In this document: positions 42,775 to 51,988 of the stretch, piece by piece
Numbering within the stretch: position 1 is the first letter of the stretch
How the letters are laid out: each line of letters opens with the position of its first letter
Source of the DNA: an uncultured Chloroflexia bacterium
GTDB lineage: Bacteria > Chloroflexota > Limnocylindria > Limnocylindrales > CSP1-4
Direction: 5' to 3'
DNA: 64,000 nt
NCBI GenBank assembly: GCA_963716815.1
Contig: CAVQUM010000004.1
Span: 70,333 to 134,332, forward strand
Made by a program: the position numbers and the translations under genes
The notes under the pieces: model-generated
Told to the model about the DNA's origin: nothing
The model's input: only the letters and a program-made list of their open reading frames with translations
Databases searched by the model: none

Positions 42775-43362
42775 TCAGCCCTCGTCGCTGTGCTGGGCCT
42801 GCCACTCCGACGCGAGGATGCCCATGGTCAGCTCGTCCCAGCGTCCACCGTCGCGCACGATGGCCTCGCGGTGGCGACCCTCGACCGTGAAGCCGGCCTT
42901 CTCGTAGCTGCGGATGGCCCGCGTGTTGAAGTCGAAGACCGAGAGGGCCACGCGATGGAGCCCCATGCGCTCGAAGGCCAGCCAGAGCATGAGCTCGGTG
43001 GCCTCGGTGCCATAGCCGTAGCCCCACGCATCGGGCTCGCCGATGCTGATGTGGAAGAGGGTCGAACCGTTGTCGGGATCGAGGTTGCTGAAGGTGGTGG
43101 AGCCGATCAGCCGGCCCTCCTCCCGGGTGGTGATGGCGTAGCTCACCTGCTCGGGCGACATCAGCCGGCCGTGGAAGAAGCGGTCGATCTCCTCCTCGTT
43201 CATGGGTCGCAGCGAGTAGCGCGTGAGGCGCGCCAGCTCGGGATCGCCGTACCAGCGCCGGACCGTGGCGAGGTCGTCGTAGTGGTGGTGGCGCAAGGCG
43301 ACCCGCTTCCCCGCGATGGTCGCGGGGTGCCACGTGCGGCGCTGCTGGTCGATGGTCACCAT
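42775..43362 (-). CDS. GNAT N-acetyltransferase (RimJ/RimL-like)
   Basis: WGYGYGTEATELMLWLAFERMGLHRVALSVFDFNTRAIRSYEKAGFTVEG. Confidence 0.85.
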   Translation of the reverse strand: MVTIDQQRRTWHPATIAGKRVALRHHHYDDLATVRRWYGDPELARLTRYSLRPMNEEEIDRFFHGRLMSPEQVSYAITTREEGRLIGSTTFSNLDPDNGSTLFHISIGEPDAWGYGYGTEATELMLWLAFERMGLHRVALSVFDFNTRAIRSYEKAGFTVEGRHREAIVRDGGRWDELTMGILASEWQAQHSDEG

Positions 43363-43402
43363 GGTCGCCGATGCTAGCGCACAGCCGCTCTACGATGGGC
43401 GC

Positions 43403-45167
43403 ATGACGAAGCAGGACGCCGGCTCGATGCGTCGCTGGTCGGAGACGGCCGAGGCGGTGCGCGCGACACGCGCGACATCGCAGAAGGTCGCTCTCGTGGC
43501 CGACTACCTGCGCTCGCTCGACGTGGTCGACCTGCCCGTGGCCGCGGTGTTCCTCAGCGGCCGCGCCTTCCCCGAGCGCGATCAGCGCGTGACCGGGCTC
43601 GGCTGGCGCGCTGTCTCGACGGTGGTTCAGCAGGTGACCGGCGCTGACGAGGGCGCCCTGCTGCAGGCCTACGACCGCTCGTCCGACGTCGGCACCGCCG
43701 TCGGCCGAACTGCTCGGGGACGCCGGTCACGAGCCCGCCGGGGAGTTGCCGCTGTCCCTCGCGGAGGTGGCCGCCGCGTACGACCGCCTCGCCGCCACGC
43801 GGGGACGCGAGGCCAAGGCCGCGGTCTTCGCCGAGCTGCTGCGACGCTCCGACCCGCTCAGCGCCCGCTACCTGACGGCCATCCTCGGCGGGGAGCTGCG
43901 CATCGGCCTGCGCGAAGGCCATCTCGAAAAGGGCATCGCTGCGGCCTTCGATGCCGACCTGGCCGCAGGTGCAGTGGGCGGGCATGCTCACCGGCGACAT
44001 CGCGCCGGACCGCGCAACTGGCCCGCGAGGGCACCCTCGACACGCGCCCGCCTGACGCTCTTCCATCCGCTCAAGTCCATGCTGGCCTCGCCCGTCGCCG
44101 ACGAGGCCGCGGCACTGACGCGCCTGTCCCCGCCGGTGTGGGTGGAGGACAAGTACGACGGCATCCGCGCGCAGCTGCACGTGGAGGGTGGCGAGGTCCG
44201 TCTCTTCAGCCGCGATCTCAACGATGTCTCGCCGGCCTTTCCCGAGGTGGTCTCGGCGGCGATGGCCGTGGGCTGGGAGGGCATCCTCGACGGCGAGATC
44301 CTGGCCTGGCGGGACGGGGCCGTGCTGCCCTTCCTGCGGCTGCAGTCACGCCTCGGGCGCAAGCAGCCCTCGGCCGAGGTGCTGGCGGAGACGCCGGTCA
44401 TCTACGTGGCCTTCGACGCACTCGCGCTGGGTGACGGTGCCGTCCCGCCCGAGCCGCTGCTGCGGGAGCCGCTGCGTGAACGTCGCCGGCGGCTGGAAGC
44501 GCTGGACCTGCCCGGGACCCCAGGGTTCGGCTTGGCCGCCCTCGTCGACGTGGCCGATGCAGCCGAGCTGGAGCGGGTCTTCGCCGAGGCCCAGGCGCGC
44601 GGCAACGAGGGCCTCATGCTCAAGGACCCCGAGTCGATCTACGCGCCCGGCCGGCGCGGCTACGCCTGGCTCAAGTTGAAGAAGGCGCTGGCCACGCTCG
44701 ACTGCGTGGTGGTCGGCGTGGAGGTCGGTCACGGCCGGCGCCACGGAGTGCTGTCGGACTACACCTTCGCGGTGCTCGACGACCGTCCCGGCGCGGACGA
44801 GGGCGCGCTGGTCACGGTGGGCAAGGCCTACACCGGCCTGACCGACGCCGAGATCGCCGAGATGACGCGCTGGTTCGAGGCCCACACGCTGGAGCGATAC
44901 GGTCGCTACCGCCGGGTGGAGCCGACGGTCGTGGTCGAGATCGCCTTCGACGTCGTCCACGCCTCGGCACGTCACAAGTCGGGCTATGCCCTGCGCTTCC
45001 CGCGCATCGTGCGCGTCCGCGACGACAAGGACCCAGCCGAGATCGACCGGCTCAGCACCGTGGCCACACTGCACGAGCGCCTGCAGGCGGCCGGTCGCTA
45101 TGGCGTGCTCACCGCCGGTGCGTCGGCCGAGCTGCGGTCCGACGAAGCAGGGGAGGCTGGGTCATGA
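43403..45167 (+). pseudogene. ATP-dependent DNA ligase (DBD + adenylation + OB), four 1-nt frame shifts
   Basis: Motif I EDKYDGIRAQL, III ILDGEILAW, IV YVAFDAL, V NEGLMLKD, VI LRFPRIVRVRDDK. The N-terminal DNA-binding domain is split at ~43706, ~43965, ~44002 and ~44045 (DVGTAVG|ELLGDAG..., FDADLA|QVQWAGMLTGDI|RTAQLAREGTLDT|ARLTLFHPLKSML). Confidence 0.85.
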
Positions 45168-45174
45168 TGCGCGC

Positions 45175-46335
45175 ATGACCGAACCTCCCAGCCGCTTCGA
45201 CCGGGTCCGCGGCCTGCGTGAGGCGCTGATCGCGACCGGCGCCGGCATCTACCTGGCCACCCACCAGGCGGGGCCGCTGCCGGCCGAGACGCTCGCGGCT
45301 GTGCATGAGTCCGACGACATGGAGCTGCGCGTGGGCCGCGCCGGGCCCGACCGGGCCGATGACCTCGGGCAGCGAGAGCGCGAGGCACGGGCGGTGGTGG
45401 CGGCCGCGACCGGTTCCTCACCCGAGCGCATCCTGCTCACGCACGGCGCCGCCGAGGCCGCCCGCCTGGTGGCGCTGGAGGTGCTCGACTCGAGCGTGAA
45501 GCCAGCGCAGAAGGTGGTGCTGCTGGCGGGAGTCGATCGCGTCGTGGCGGCCGCGGTGCGTGATGTCGCCGATGTCGCCGGGGCGGAGGTGCAGGTGCTG
45601 GAGGGTGCGCCCTCGGTCCTCTCCGACGACGTGGCGCTGGTGGTGCTGTCTCATGTCGATCGGGACGGTCGGCTCACCCACACCCGGGCGCTGGCGCAGG
45701 CCGCACGCGATGCCGGCGCGCGGCTCCTGGTCGATGCCAGCCTGAGCGTGGGGGCGCTGCCCATCGATGTGGACGAGCTTGATGCCGACTTCGTGCTGGC
45801 CGATACGCATCGCTGGCTGCTCGGTCCCGACGCGCTGGCATTCCTCTGGATCGCCCCTCGCCTGGATTTCGAGGTGCCCGAGTGGCTGCGCCAGGCGTCG
45901 GCCCCATTCGCGCGCGGTTCGCTGCTGGCCCTGGCGCGCTCGGTGGGGTGGCTGCTGATGTACGTGGAGCTGCCGTGGGCGCTCGCTCGCACGGTACAGC
46001 TGGCCGACCAGCTGTACGAGGAGCTCGCAGCCATCGACGGCGTGGAGCTGCTGGCGCCGCCAGACGCACATGGCGCCGTAGCTTCCTTCCGGATCGAGGG
46101 CTGGGATGCGGGGTCGGCCGCCCACGAGCTCGGTCGCAGTATCTTCGCTATCGTCGAGGTCGACACCGAGGCTGATCTGATCCGCGCCAGCGTCGGTGCC
46201 TGGAACCGCGAAAGCGAGCTGACCCGCTTCGCCGAGCGGGTAGCCGAGCTGGCGGCGCACACGCCCGAGACCCTGCCCCGACGAGTATCACTGACGGTCA
46301 TCAGCGGGTCGGTCGACCCCGAGGAGAGCGAGTGA
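45175..46335 (+). CDS. class-V aminotransferase/cysteine-desulfurase-fold protein with Arg at the PLP-lysine position
   Basis: LLVDASLSVGALPIDVDELDADFVLADTHRWLLGP aligns to the DxxxSxHK motif. It starts 8 nt after the ligase stop. Confidence 0.72.
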   Translation: MTEPPSRFDRVRGLREALIATGAGIYLATHQAGPLPAETLAAVHESDDMELRVGRAGPDRADDLGQREREARAVVAAATGSSPERILLTHGAAEAARLVALEVLDSSVKPAQKVVLLAGVDRVVAAAVRDVADVAGAEVQVLEGAPSVLSDDVALVVLSHVDRDGRLTHTRALAQAARDAGARLLVDASLSVGALPIDVDELDADFVLADTHRWLLGPDALAFLWIAPRLDFEVPEWLRQASAPFARGSLLALARSVGWLLMYVELPWALARTVQLADQLYEELAAIDGVELLAPPDAHGAVASFRIEGWDAGSAAHELGRSIFAIVEVDTEADLIRASVGAWNRESELTRFAERVAELAAHTPETLPRRVSLTVISGSVDPEESE

Positions 46336-46796
46336 CCGAACCCGAGCCCGAGGGGAAGCGCGCTTCGACGGCCGCTGCGGCGGCTGCTCGGAAGGCCGTT
46401 CGGAAGGCTGCTCGGGAGCGCGAGGTCCGGCACCGTTCGGAGTGGGAGATCCGCTGGCGGCAGGCACGTAACGCACCGCCCCCGGTGGTGCGGGCGGTGC
46501 TGGCCAACGTGGCCGTGGCCGCGGTCGGCGGTGTCATCCTGCTGCTCACCGACTGGCTCGCCAGCCACGGCGTACTGCCGAGCTTCATGCTGGACCTGGG
46601 ACCGTTCGTCTACGTGGCCGTGGTCATCGTCAGTGGCACGCTCTTTACCTATCTCTGGGTGGAGTTGCCCACCGGCGTGCCCGGAGAGACGCGCAGCTCA
46701 CCGTGGGCGGGCGTGCTGGGCTTCTTCGCCAGCATCCCCATCGTCTACCTCGCCCTCGTCATCATCTTCGAGGTCCTGCGCCCGCTGCTGCCATAG
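46332..46796 (+). CDS. hypothetical membrane protein (3-4 TM)
   Basis: GTGA overlap with the upstream gene, a basic N-terminus, then hydrophobic helices (VLANVAVAAVGGVILLL, FVYVAVVIVSGTLFTYLWV, VLGFFASIPIVYLALVIIF). Confidence 0.55.
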   Translation: MTEPEPEGKRASTAAAAAARKAVRKAAREREVRHRSEWEIRWRQARNAPPPVVRAVLANVAVAAVGGVILLLTDWLASHGVLPSFMLDLGPFVYVAVVIVSGTLFTYLWVELPTGVPGETRSSPWAGVLGFFASIPIVYLALVIIFEVLRPLLP

Positions 46797-46806
46797 CCGC
46801 TCTCAA

Positions 46807-46845
46807 AGGCGCTGCCTGCCGCTCTCCTAGGCGCTGCCTGCCGCT
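46807..46845. repeat. two direct copies of AGGCGCTGCCTGCCGCT, 22 bp apart (start to start)
   Basis: Exact 17-mers at 46807-46823 and 46829-46845. Confidence 0.7.
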
Positions 46846-46880
46846 GGCGCCTGTTCCCGCGTCCATCGATGCGGACCCGT

Positions 46881-47135
46881 GGTCGACAAGCCGACCGTAT
46901 CGGCGTCGAAGGTCTCCTCGGTCCAAGACGGAGCGCTCCAGCCGCGGTTCCCGGTCGACCTATCGACCACTCCGGGCGTGACGAGGCCCTCTGCGTCGAA
47001 TCCCAGGCCCCAACTGCCCCCGCTGGTCAAAACACCGACCGCTTCGGGCGTGACGAGGCCCCTCTCGACGAGTACCCGGCCGCATCTGCTCCCGACGGTC
47101 GGCATGTCGACCACTCCGGGCGTAGAGCCCCCGCA
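46881..47135. repeat. degenerate tandem repeat, ~72-73 bp x ~3.5
   Basis: Units start GGTCGACAAGCCGACCGTATCGGCGTCGAAGG, GGTCGACCTATCGACCACTCCGGGCGTGACGAGG, GGTCAAAACACCGACCGCTTCGGGCGTGACGAGG and GGTCGGCATGTCGACCACTCCGGGCGTAGAG, at 46881, 46953, 47026 and 47098. Homology extends along the whole unit. Confidence 0.7.
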
Positions 47136-47176
47136 CGATCGTGGCCGCGCCTTGGCCACGCTTTGGCCGCGCGCTG

Positions 47177-47261
47177 GCCGCGCCCCGCCGCGTGCCACGC
47201 CCCGCCGCGGCCACGCCCCGCCACGCACCACGCCCCGCCGCGCACCACGCCCCGCCGCGCG
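47177..47261. repeat. tandem 17-bp repeat x5 (CCACGCCCCGCCGCGNN), preceded by TGGCCGCGC-type 10-11-mers
   Basis: Copies begin at 47177, 47194, 47211, 47228 and 47245. The unit length is not a multiple of 3. The array ends 45 nt before the tRNA. Confidence 0.75.
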
Positions 47262-47305
47262 CCCATCGCGCCCTGCTAGCATCGGTGGCGACGCGCCGTC
47301 TCGGC

Positions 47306-47381
47306 GGGGGAGTAGCTCAACGGTTAGAGCAGTCGGCTTATATCCGACCGGTTCCAGGTTCGAGTCCTGGCTCCCCTACCA
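47306..47381 (+). tRNA. tRNA-Ile(UAU): tRNA-Ile, anticodon UAU, genomically encoded CCA
   Basis: Hand-folded cloverleaf: acceptor GGGGGAG/CTCCCCT (G1-U72), D arm GCTC-AACGGTTA-GAGC, anticodon arm GTCGG-CTTATAT-CCGAC (U33, T34 A35 T36, A37), variable loop CGGTT, T arm CCAGG-TTCGAGT-CCTGG, A73, CCA. U12-A23, C29-G41 and A73 match E. coli tRNA-Ile identity elements. Confidence 0.85.
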
Positions 47382-47508
47382 CTCCCGAACGCGCTCGGCA
47401 CAACGGACCCTGACACTCGAAAGCCGCGCGGCCGACCCTCGATGGATCGGCACGCGCGGCCCGGCAGGAGGAGCCGGCCGGCTACCCGAGACAGCAGTCG
47501 GCCGAGGC

Positions 47509-48498
47509 TCACATGAGTACTGCTACTGGCAGTTCGGTGCTCGTGCCGGGCTCGACCGGTGCGAACTGGTAGTAGTCGCACGCGTTCTCGGGGGTGATCA
47601 GCACCATGTCGATCTCCTGCCTCTCGGGGAGATCGGTGCTGCCGTTCGTGATCCACGCGTCCGCCTGCTCGGCCGCCGAGATCGCCATGGCGGCGACCGG
47701 CTGCAGCGAGGTGGCCTTCAGCTCGCCGGCGTTGATGGACATGATGGCGTCATCGCTGCCGTCGAAGCCGGCCACGATGATGTCATCCATGCCGGCAGCC
47801 ATGACCGCGGCCTGGGCGCCGAGTGCCATGGTGTCGTTGCCGGCGATGATGCCCTTGACGTCGGGGTACTGCTGGAGCAGCTGCTCCGTCACCTGGAAGC
47901 CCTCGTCCTGGCTCCAGTTGGCGGTCTGCTGGGCGACCATGTCGAGGCCATCGATCTCGTCGAGGACGTCGTGGTAGCCCTGGCTGCGGACGCGCGCGTT
48001 GGTGTCCGTGTCGCGACCGGTCAGCTCGATGTAGGTGCCCTCTTCGCCCATCAGCTCGGCCCAGTACTCGGCGAGGATGGTGGCACCCTGGTAGTTGTTG
48101 GAGACGATCTGGGCCACGGCCACGCCGTCCGCGGTGATCTCGCGGTCGACGAGGAAGCTGCCCACGCCCGCGTCGGCGGCCGACTGGACCGCAGCCACGC
48201 TGGCTTCAGCGCCGGCGTTGTCGAGGATGATGGCGAGGGCGCCCTGCGAGACGCAGGTCTCGAAGAACTCGGCCTCCGCGACGGCATCGTCGTTGTGGAC
48301 GAGGCGGCTGGTGCTGTAGCCCAGTTCCTCGGCCTTGTCCGCAGCGATCTGCTGCATGGCGCCGAAGAAGGGGTTCTCCACGCCCGGCACGATGACGCAG
48401 ATCAGGCCCTTGTCCTGTGCCGAGGCGATGGCCCCGGTCGAGGCCGTGATGGCGAGGGCAGCGCCCATGGCCATCGCGACATGCTTCTTGTTGAACAT
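47509..48498 (-). CDS. sugar ABC substrate-binding protein (RbsB-like, CUT2)
   Basis: ATG 48498 with GGAGGA 5 nt upstream, a signal peptide, and VIVPGVENPFFGAM, LVDREI, IAGNDTMALGA, AGFDGSDDA. Confidence 0.9.
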   Translation of the reverse strand: MFNKKHVAMAMGAALAITASTGAIASAQDKGLICVIVPGVENPFFGAMQQIAADKAEELGYSTSRLVHNDDAVAEAEFFETCVSQGALAIILDNAGAEASVAAVQSAADAGVGSFLVDREITADGVAVAQIVSNNYQGATILAEYWAELMGEEGTYIELTGRDTDTNARVRSQGYHDVLDEIDGLDMVAQQTANWSQDEGFQVTEQLLQQYPDVKGIIAGNDTMALGAQAAVMAAGMDDIIVAGFDGSDDAIMSINAGELKATSLQPVAAMAISAAEQADAWITNGSTDLPERQEIDMVLITPENACDYYQFAPVEPGTSTELPVAVLM

Positions 48499-48596
48499 CC
48501 GTTCCTCCACTTTTGCTCACTCGGCGGCCGGATCGTCCGTTCCGCGCGATTGACTCCTCAGGTGTGTTCGAGAACGTCCTCCTCGCACTCCTCCTT

Positions 48597-49703
48597 TCAG
48601 TTGGTGCTCGCACTTGGTGTGTTGGAGTCGTCTGCATGGATGACCTGGGCGGCCTGCTGCTGCAGGGCCAGCCGCCGCTCGGCTCGCTGCTGGAGCTGGT
48701 CGACGATCAGGGCCAGCACGATGACGCTGCCGGTGATGATCAGCTTCGCGAACGACGAGATGCCCATCAGCGTCAGGCCGTTGTTGAGCGTGCCGATGAC
48801 GAGGGCGCCGATGATGGTGCCGAGGATGGTTCCGCGGCCGCCGGCCAGCGAGGTGCCGCCGAGCACGACCGCGGCGATGGCGTAGAGCTCGTAGTAGAGG
48901 CCGGTGGCGGGGTGCGCCGCGACCAGCTGGCTGGCGATGATGAGGCCGACCGTGGCAGCGCAGAAGCCACTGATCATGTACACGATCATCTTGGTGCGGT
49001 TGACGCGCACGCCCGAGAGCTCCGCCGAGCGCTCGTTGCCACCTACCGCGTAGACGGCCCGCCCGAAGGGCGTCCGCGTGGTCACGAACCAGGCCACCAC
49101 CGCGAAGAGCACGAGGATGACGATGGCCCAGGGGACGACCCCGAAGGCCTCGCCGGTGCCCAGCTCGCGGAAACCGGTGTTGCCCAGCTCCTCCTTGCCA
49201 ACGAGGTTGGGATAGGTCCCACCATTGTTGATGATTCCGGCCAGGCCACGGGCGACCATGAGCATGCCCAGCGTGGCGATGAACGGGGCCACGTTGAAGC
49301 GGGTGATGATGAAGCCGCTGATGGCGCCCATGAAGGTGCCCGCCGCCAACGAGATGACCAGCACCATCCAGGTGTGCGGGAAGATGACGTAGCCGCCGAC
49401 CGTCAGGCCTTCGTGGATGAGCAGGCCCGCGACGATGCCGGTGAAACCGACGAGCGAGCCGACCGAGAGGTCGATGCCGCCGGTCAGGATGACAAAGGTC
49501 ATACCGACGGCGAGGATGCCGTTGAGGGCCGTCTGCTTGATGAGGATCTCGATGTTGGCGCCCGTGAGGAAGGTGCTCTCCACCCAGGCGAAGAACAGCA
49601 CCAGCACGATGAGCGCGATGAAGGCTCGTCCGCGGAGCAGGAACTGGGCGACCTCGGTCCGGGTCATGCCGCGCTTCTGGTCGGCCTGCGCATTCGCCGT
49701 CAC
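48597..49703 (-). CDS. sugar ABC permease (RbsC-like)
   Basis: GTGA overlap with the ATPase stop. FVILTGGIDLSVGS, VLGGTSLAGGRGTILGTIIGALVIG. Confidence 0.9.
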   Translation of the reverse strand: MTANAQADQKRGMTRTEVAQFLLRGRAFIALIVLVLFFAWVESTFLTGANIEILIKQTALNGILAVGMTFVILTGGIDLSVGSLVGFTGIVAGLLIHEGLTVGGYVIFPHTWMVLVISLAAGTFMGAISGFIITRFNVAPFIATLGMLMVARGLAGIINNGGTYPNLVGKEELGNTGFRELGTGEAFGVVPWAIVILVLFAVVAWFVTTRTPFGRAVYAVGGNERSAELSGVRVNRTKMIVYMISGFCAATVGLIIASQLVAAHPATGLYYELYAIAAVVLGGTSLAGGRGTILGTIIGALVIGTLNNGLTLMGISSFAKLIITGSVIVLALIVDQLQQRAERRLALQQQAAQVIHADDSNTPSASTN

Positions 49704-51298
49704 TGGATCACCTCGACTGCTCCTCTTTCGTTGCCCATGAGCTCCACCGCCGGTCCGTGGCCGATGGCCGACGCGTCCACCAGCTCCTTCTCGGTCGCCC
49801 GGTCGCCTTCGAACTCGGCCACGACCTCGCCCTTGCTGAGCACGAGGATGCGGTCGGACATGGCCATGACCTCCTTGAGCTCCGAGGAGACGAAGACGAT
49901 GCCAAAGCCCTCGCTGGCGAGGCGGCTCATGATCTGGAAGATCTCCGACTTGGCTCCGACGTCGATACCGCGCGTGGGCTCATCGAGCAGCAGCACCCTG
50001 GGCTCGGTCATCAGGCCCTTGGCCACGACGACCTTCTGCTGGTTGCCACCACTGAGCGAGTCGATGCTGTTGTGGGGGTCGGCCACGCGGATCGACAGGT
50101 CCTCGATCATCCCCTCGACCGCCTCGCGCTCCTTGCCCTTCGAGAGGTAGAAGCGATTGAGGTAACGCTTGAGGGAGGCCAGGACCATGTTGTGCGCCAC
50201 CGACAGCGTCGGCACCAGGCCCACCGTCTTGCGGTCCTCGGGCACGAGCACGACGCCAGCGTCGATGCGGTCGGCCACGGTGGCGTGGGCGATGTCCCTG
50301 CCTTCGAGCAGCACCTCGCCGCTGGCCTCGGGGCGGACGCCCGCGAGTACCTCCATGAGCTCGGTGCGACCGGCGCCCATGAGCCCGTACAGGCCCAGGA
50401 TCTCTCCGGCATGCACCTCGAGCGAGACGTGATCGAGCAGGTAGCCGCCGCCGACCCGCGGCAGCGTCACGTCCTTGACCTCGAGCAGCGTCTCGCCCAC
50501 GTCGTGCTCGGTGCGGCTGAACAGCGAGGCTGCGGAGCGACCGACCATCTGCTCGATGATCCAGGCCACGTCCACGTCAGCGGCCTCGGCGTGGGCGACG
50601 ACGCGGCCGTCGCGCAGGACCGTGATGAGGTCGCCGATCTGCAGCAGCTCCTCGAGCTTGTGGCTGATGTAGACGATGGCCACACCACGCGCCTTGAGGT
50701 CGGCGATGATGCGGAAGAGGCCCTCGACCTCGGCCTGGCTCAAGGCGGACGTGGGCTCGTCCATGATCAGCACGCGAACGTCGTGTGTCAGGGCCTTGGC
50801 GATCTCGACGATCTGCTGCTGCCCGACGCGCAGGTCGCTGACCAGCTCATCAGGGTCGATGTCCTGGCCCAGCCGTTCCATCAGCTCGACCGCCAGCTTC
50901 CGCTGGGCTTTGCGGTCGATGGCCGGGCCGCGGGTGATCTCCTGGGCCAGGAAGAGGTTGTCCAGCACCGTCAGGTTGGTGCACAGGTTGAGCTCCTGGA
51001 AGATGATGCCGACGCCGCTGCTGCTGAGCCGCCGGTCACGCTGGGCAGCATGACCGGCTCGCCCGTCGACGACGATGCGGCCGTCGGTAGGCTGCTCGAC
51101 CCCCGCGAGGACCTTCATCAGCGTCGACTTGCCGGCGCCGTTCTCGCCGACGAGCACGTTGACCCGGCCCTCGTAGATGTCGAAGGTGACGTCGTCGAGC
51201 GCGGTCGTGCCCGGGAAGACCTTGGTGATGTGCTCGGCGCGCATGGGTACGCGCAGGGACATGGGAGTCGAGCCGGTGGTGGGCATCGCCACCGTCAT
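49700..51298 (-). CDS. sugar ABC ATPase, tandem NBDs (RbsA-like); contains a frame-restoring triple indel
   Basis: Walker A GENGAGKST and GLMGAGRTE; signatures LRVGQQQIVEIAKA and LSGGNQQKVVVAKG. It is the C-terminal part of the 1008-aa track ORF; the start is MTVAMP at 51298, overlapping the DUF2291 stop. Confidence 0.88.
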   Translation of the reverse strand: MTVAMPTTGSTPMSLRVPMRAEHITKVFPGTTALDDVTFDIYEGRVNVLVGENGAGKSTLMKVLAGVEQPTDGRIVVDGRAGHAAQRDRRLSSSGVGIIFQELNLCTNLTVLDNLFLAQEITRGPAIDRKAQRKLAVELMERLGQDIDPDELVSDLRVGQQQIVEIAKALTHDVRVLIMDEPTSALSQAEVEGLFRIIADLKARGVAIVYISHKLEELLQIGDLITVLRDGRVVAHAEAADVDVAWIIEQMVGRSAASLFSRTEHDVGETLLEVKDVTLPRVGGGYLLDHVSLEVHAGEILGLYGLMGAGRTELMEVLAGVRPEASGEVLLEGRDIAHATVADRIDAGVVLVPEDRKTVGLVPTLSVAHNMVLASLKRYLNRFYLSKGKEREAVEGMIEDLSIRVADPHNSIDSLSGGNQQKVVVAKGLMTEPRVLLLDEPTRGIDVGAKSEIFQIMSRLASEGFGIVFVSSELKEVMAMSDRILVLSKGEVVAEFEGDRATEKELVDASAIGHGPAVELMGNERGAVEVIQ

Positions 51299-51988
51299 CA
51301 CTCGTTCACCTCGATGGGCACGAGCTCGATCTGGCTCACATCGACGATGGGCGTGTTGAAGGTGCGCAGGGTGAAGGCCCCGGTGAAGCCGATGGTCTTG
51401 CCCAGGAGGTCTCTCCTTGTCGAGGTCCTCGAGCGCCGCCACGACCTTCTTGTTGATCTCCTTGGCGACCTTGCCGTACTGGGTCTGATCACTGAAGTCG
51501 TCGAACTCGATGAAGCCGGTGGCATCGCGGACCGAGGTAACGTCACTGGGGATACGCGTGCCGATCCAGGCGCGGACCTTGATAGGTCCGTCGTAGCCGT
51601 CGAGGTCGATGCCGATGCTGCCCTTGCTGCTGTCGATGTCGACATCGGTGACCGTGCCGCTGCCGGTGACGCTGTAGACGTGTGCTTCCCCGGTGGTGAT
51701 GCGGCCCAGCTCCTCGGCGATGGGCGTCAGCTCCCCGACGGCGATGCTGCCATCGGGCCCCGGCTCGATCTCGTTGAGCACGTCGGCCAGCGGGACCGCG
51801 TCCTCTTCGATGGCGGTCTTGACGATCTCCCAGTTGTCCTCGACGTAGACGACCGGGTCGAACTCGATGGTCAGCGCCGCCTCCTCCTCCTCGGAGACGA
51901 CGGTGAAGCCGAACAGCAGCGCCACGACGACGAAGACCGCTACGGCCACGATGCCGACGGCCATGCCCGGACTGACTCTCTCCCTCAT
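51298..51988 (-). pseudogene. DUF2291 lipoprotein-like accessory protein of sugar ABC operons, one frameshift near 51422
   Basis: N-terminal TM anchor, IEFDDFSDQTQYGKVAKEINKKVVAALEDLDKE, then one frame over DLLGKTIGFTGAFTLRTFNTPIVDVSQIELVPIEVNE*. Confidence 0.65.

Noticed and set aside
46881-47262. Possible CRISPR array (a ~72-bp period would fit repeat plus spacer).
   Set aside because: The units are homologous along their whole length and degenerate, rather than identical repeats separated by unrelated spacers. The second array has 17-bp units with no spacers. No cas genes are in the window.
47282-47510. Integrated mobile element or prophage at the tRNA.
   Set aside because: No integrase, excisionase, transposase or phage genes lie on either side, and no direct repeat of the tRNA 3' end was seen within the window. 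Only the upstream repeat arrays hint at past events.
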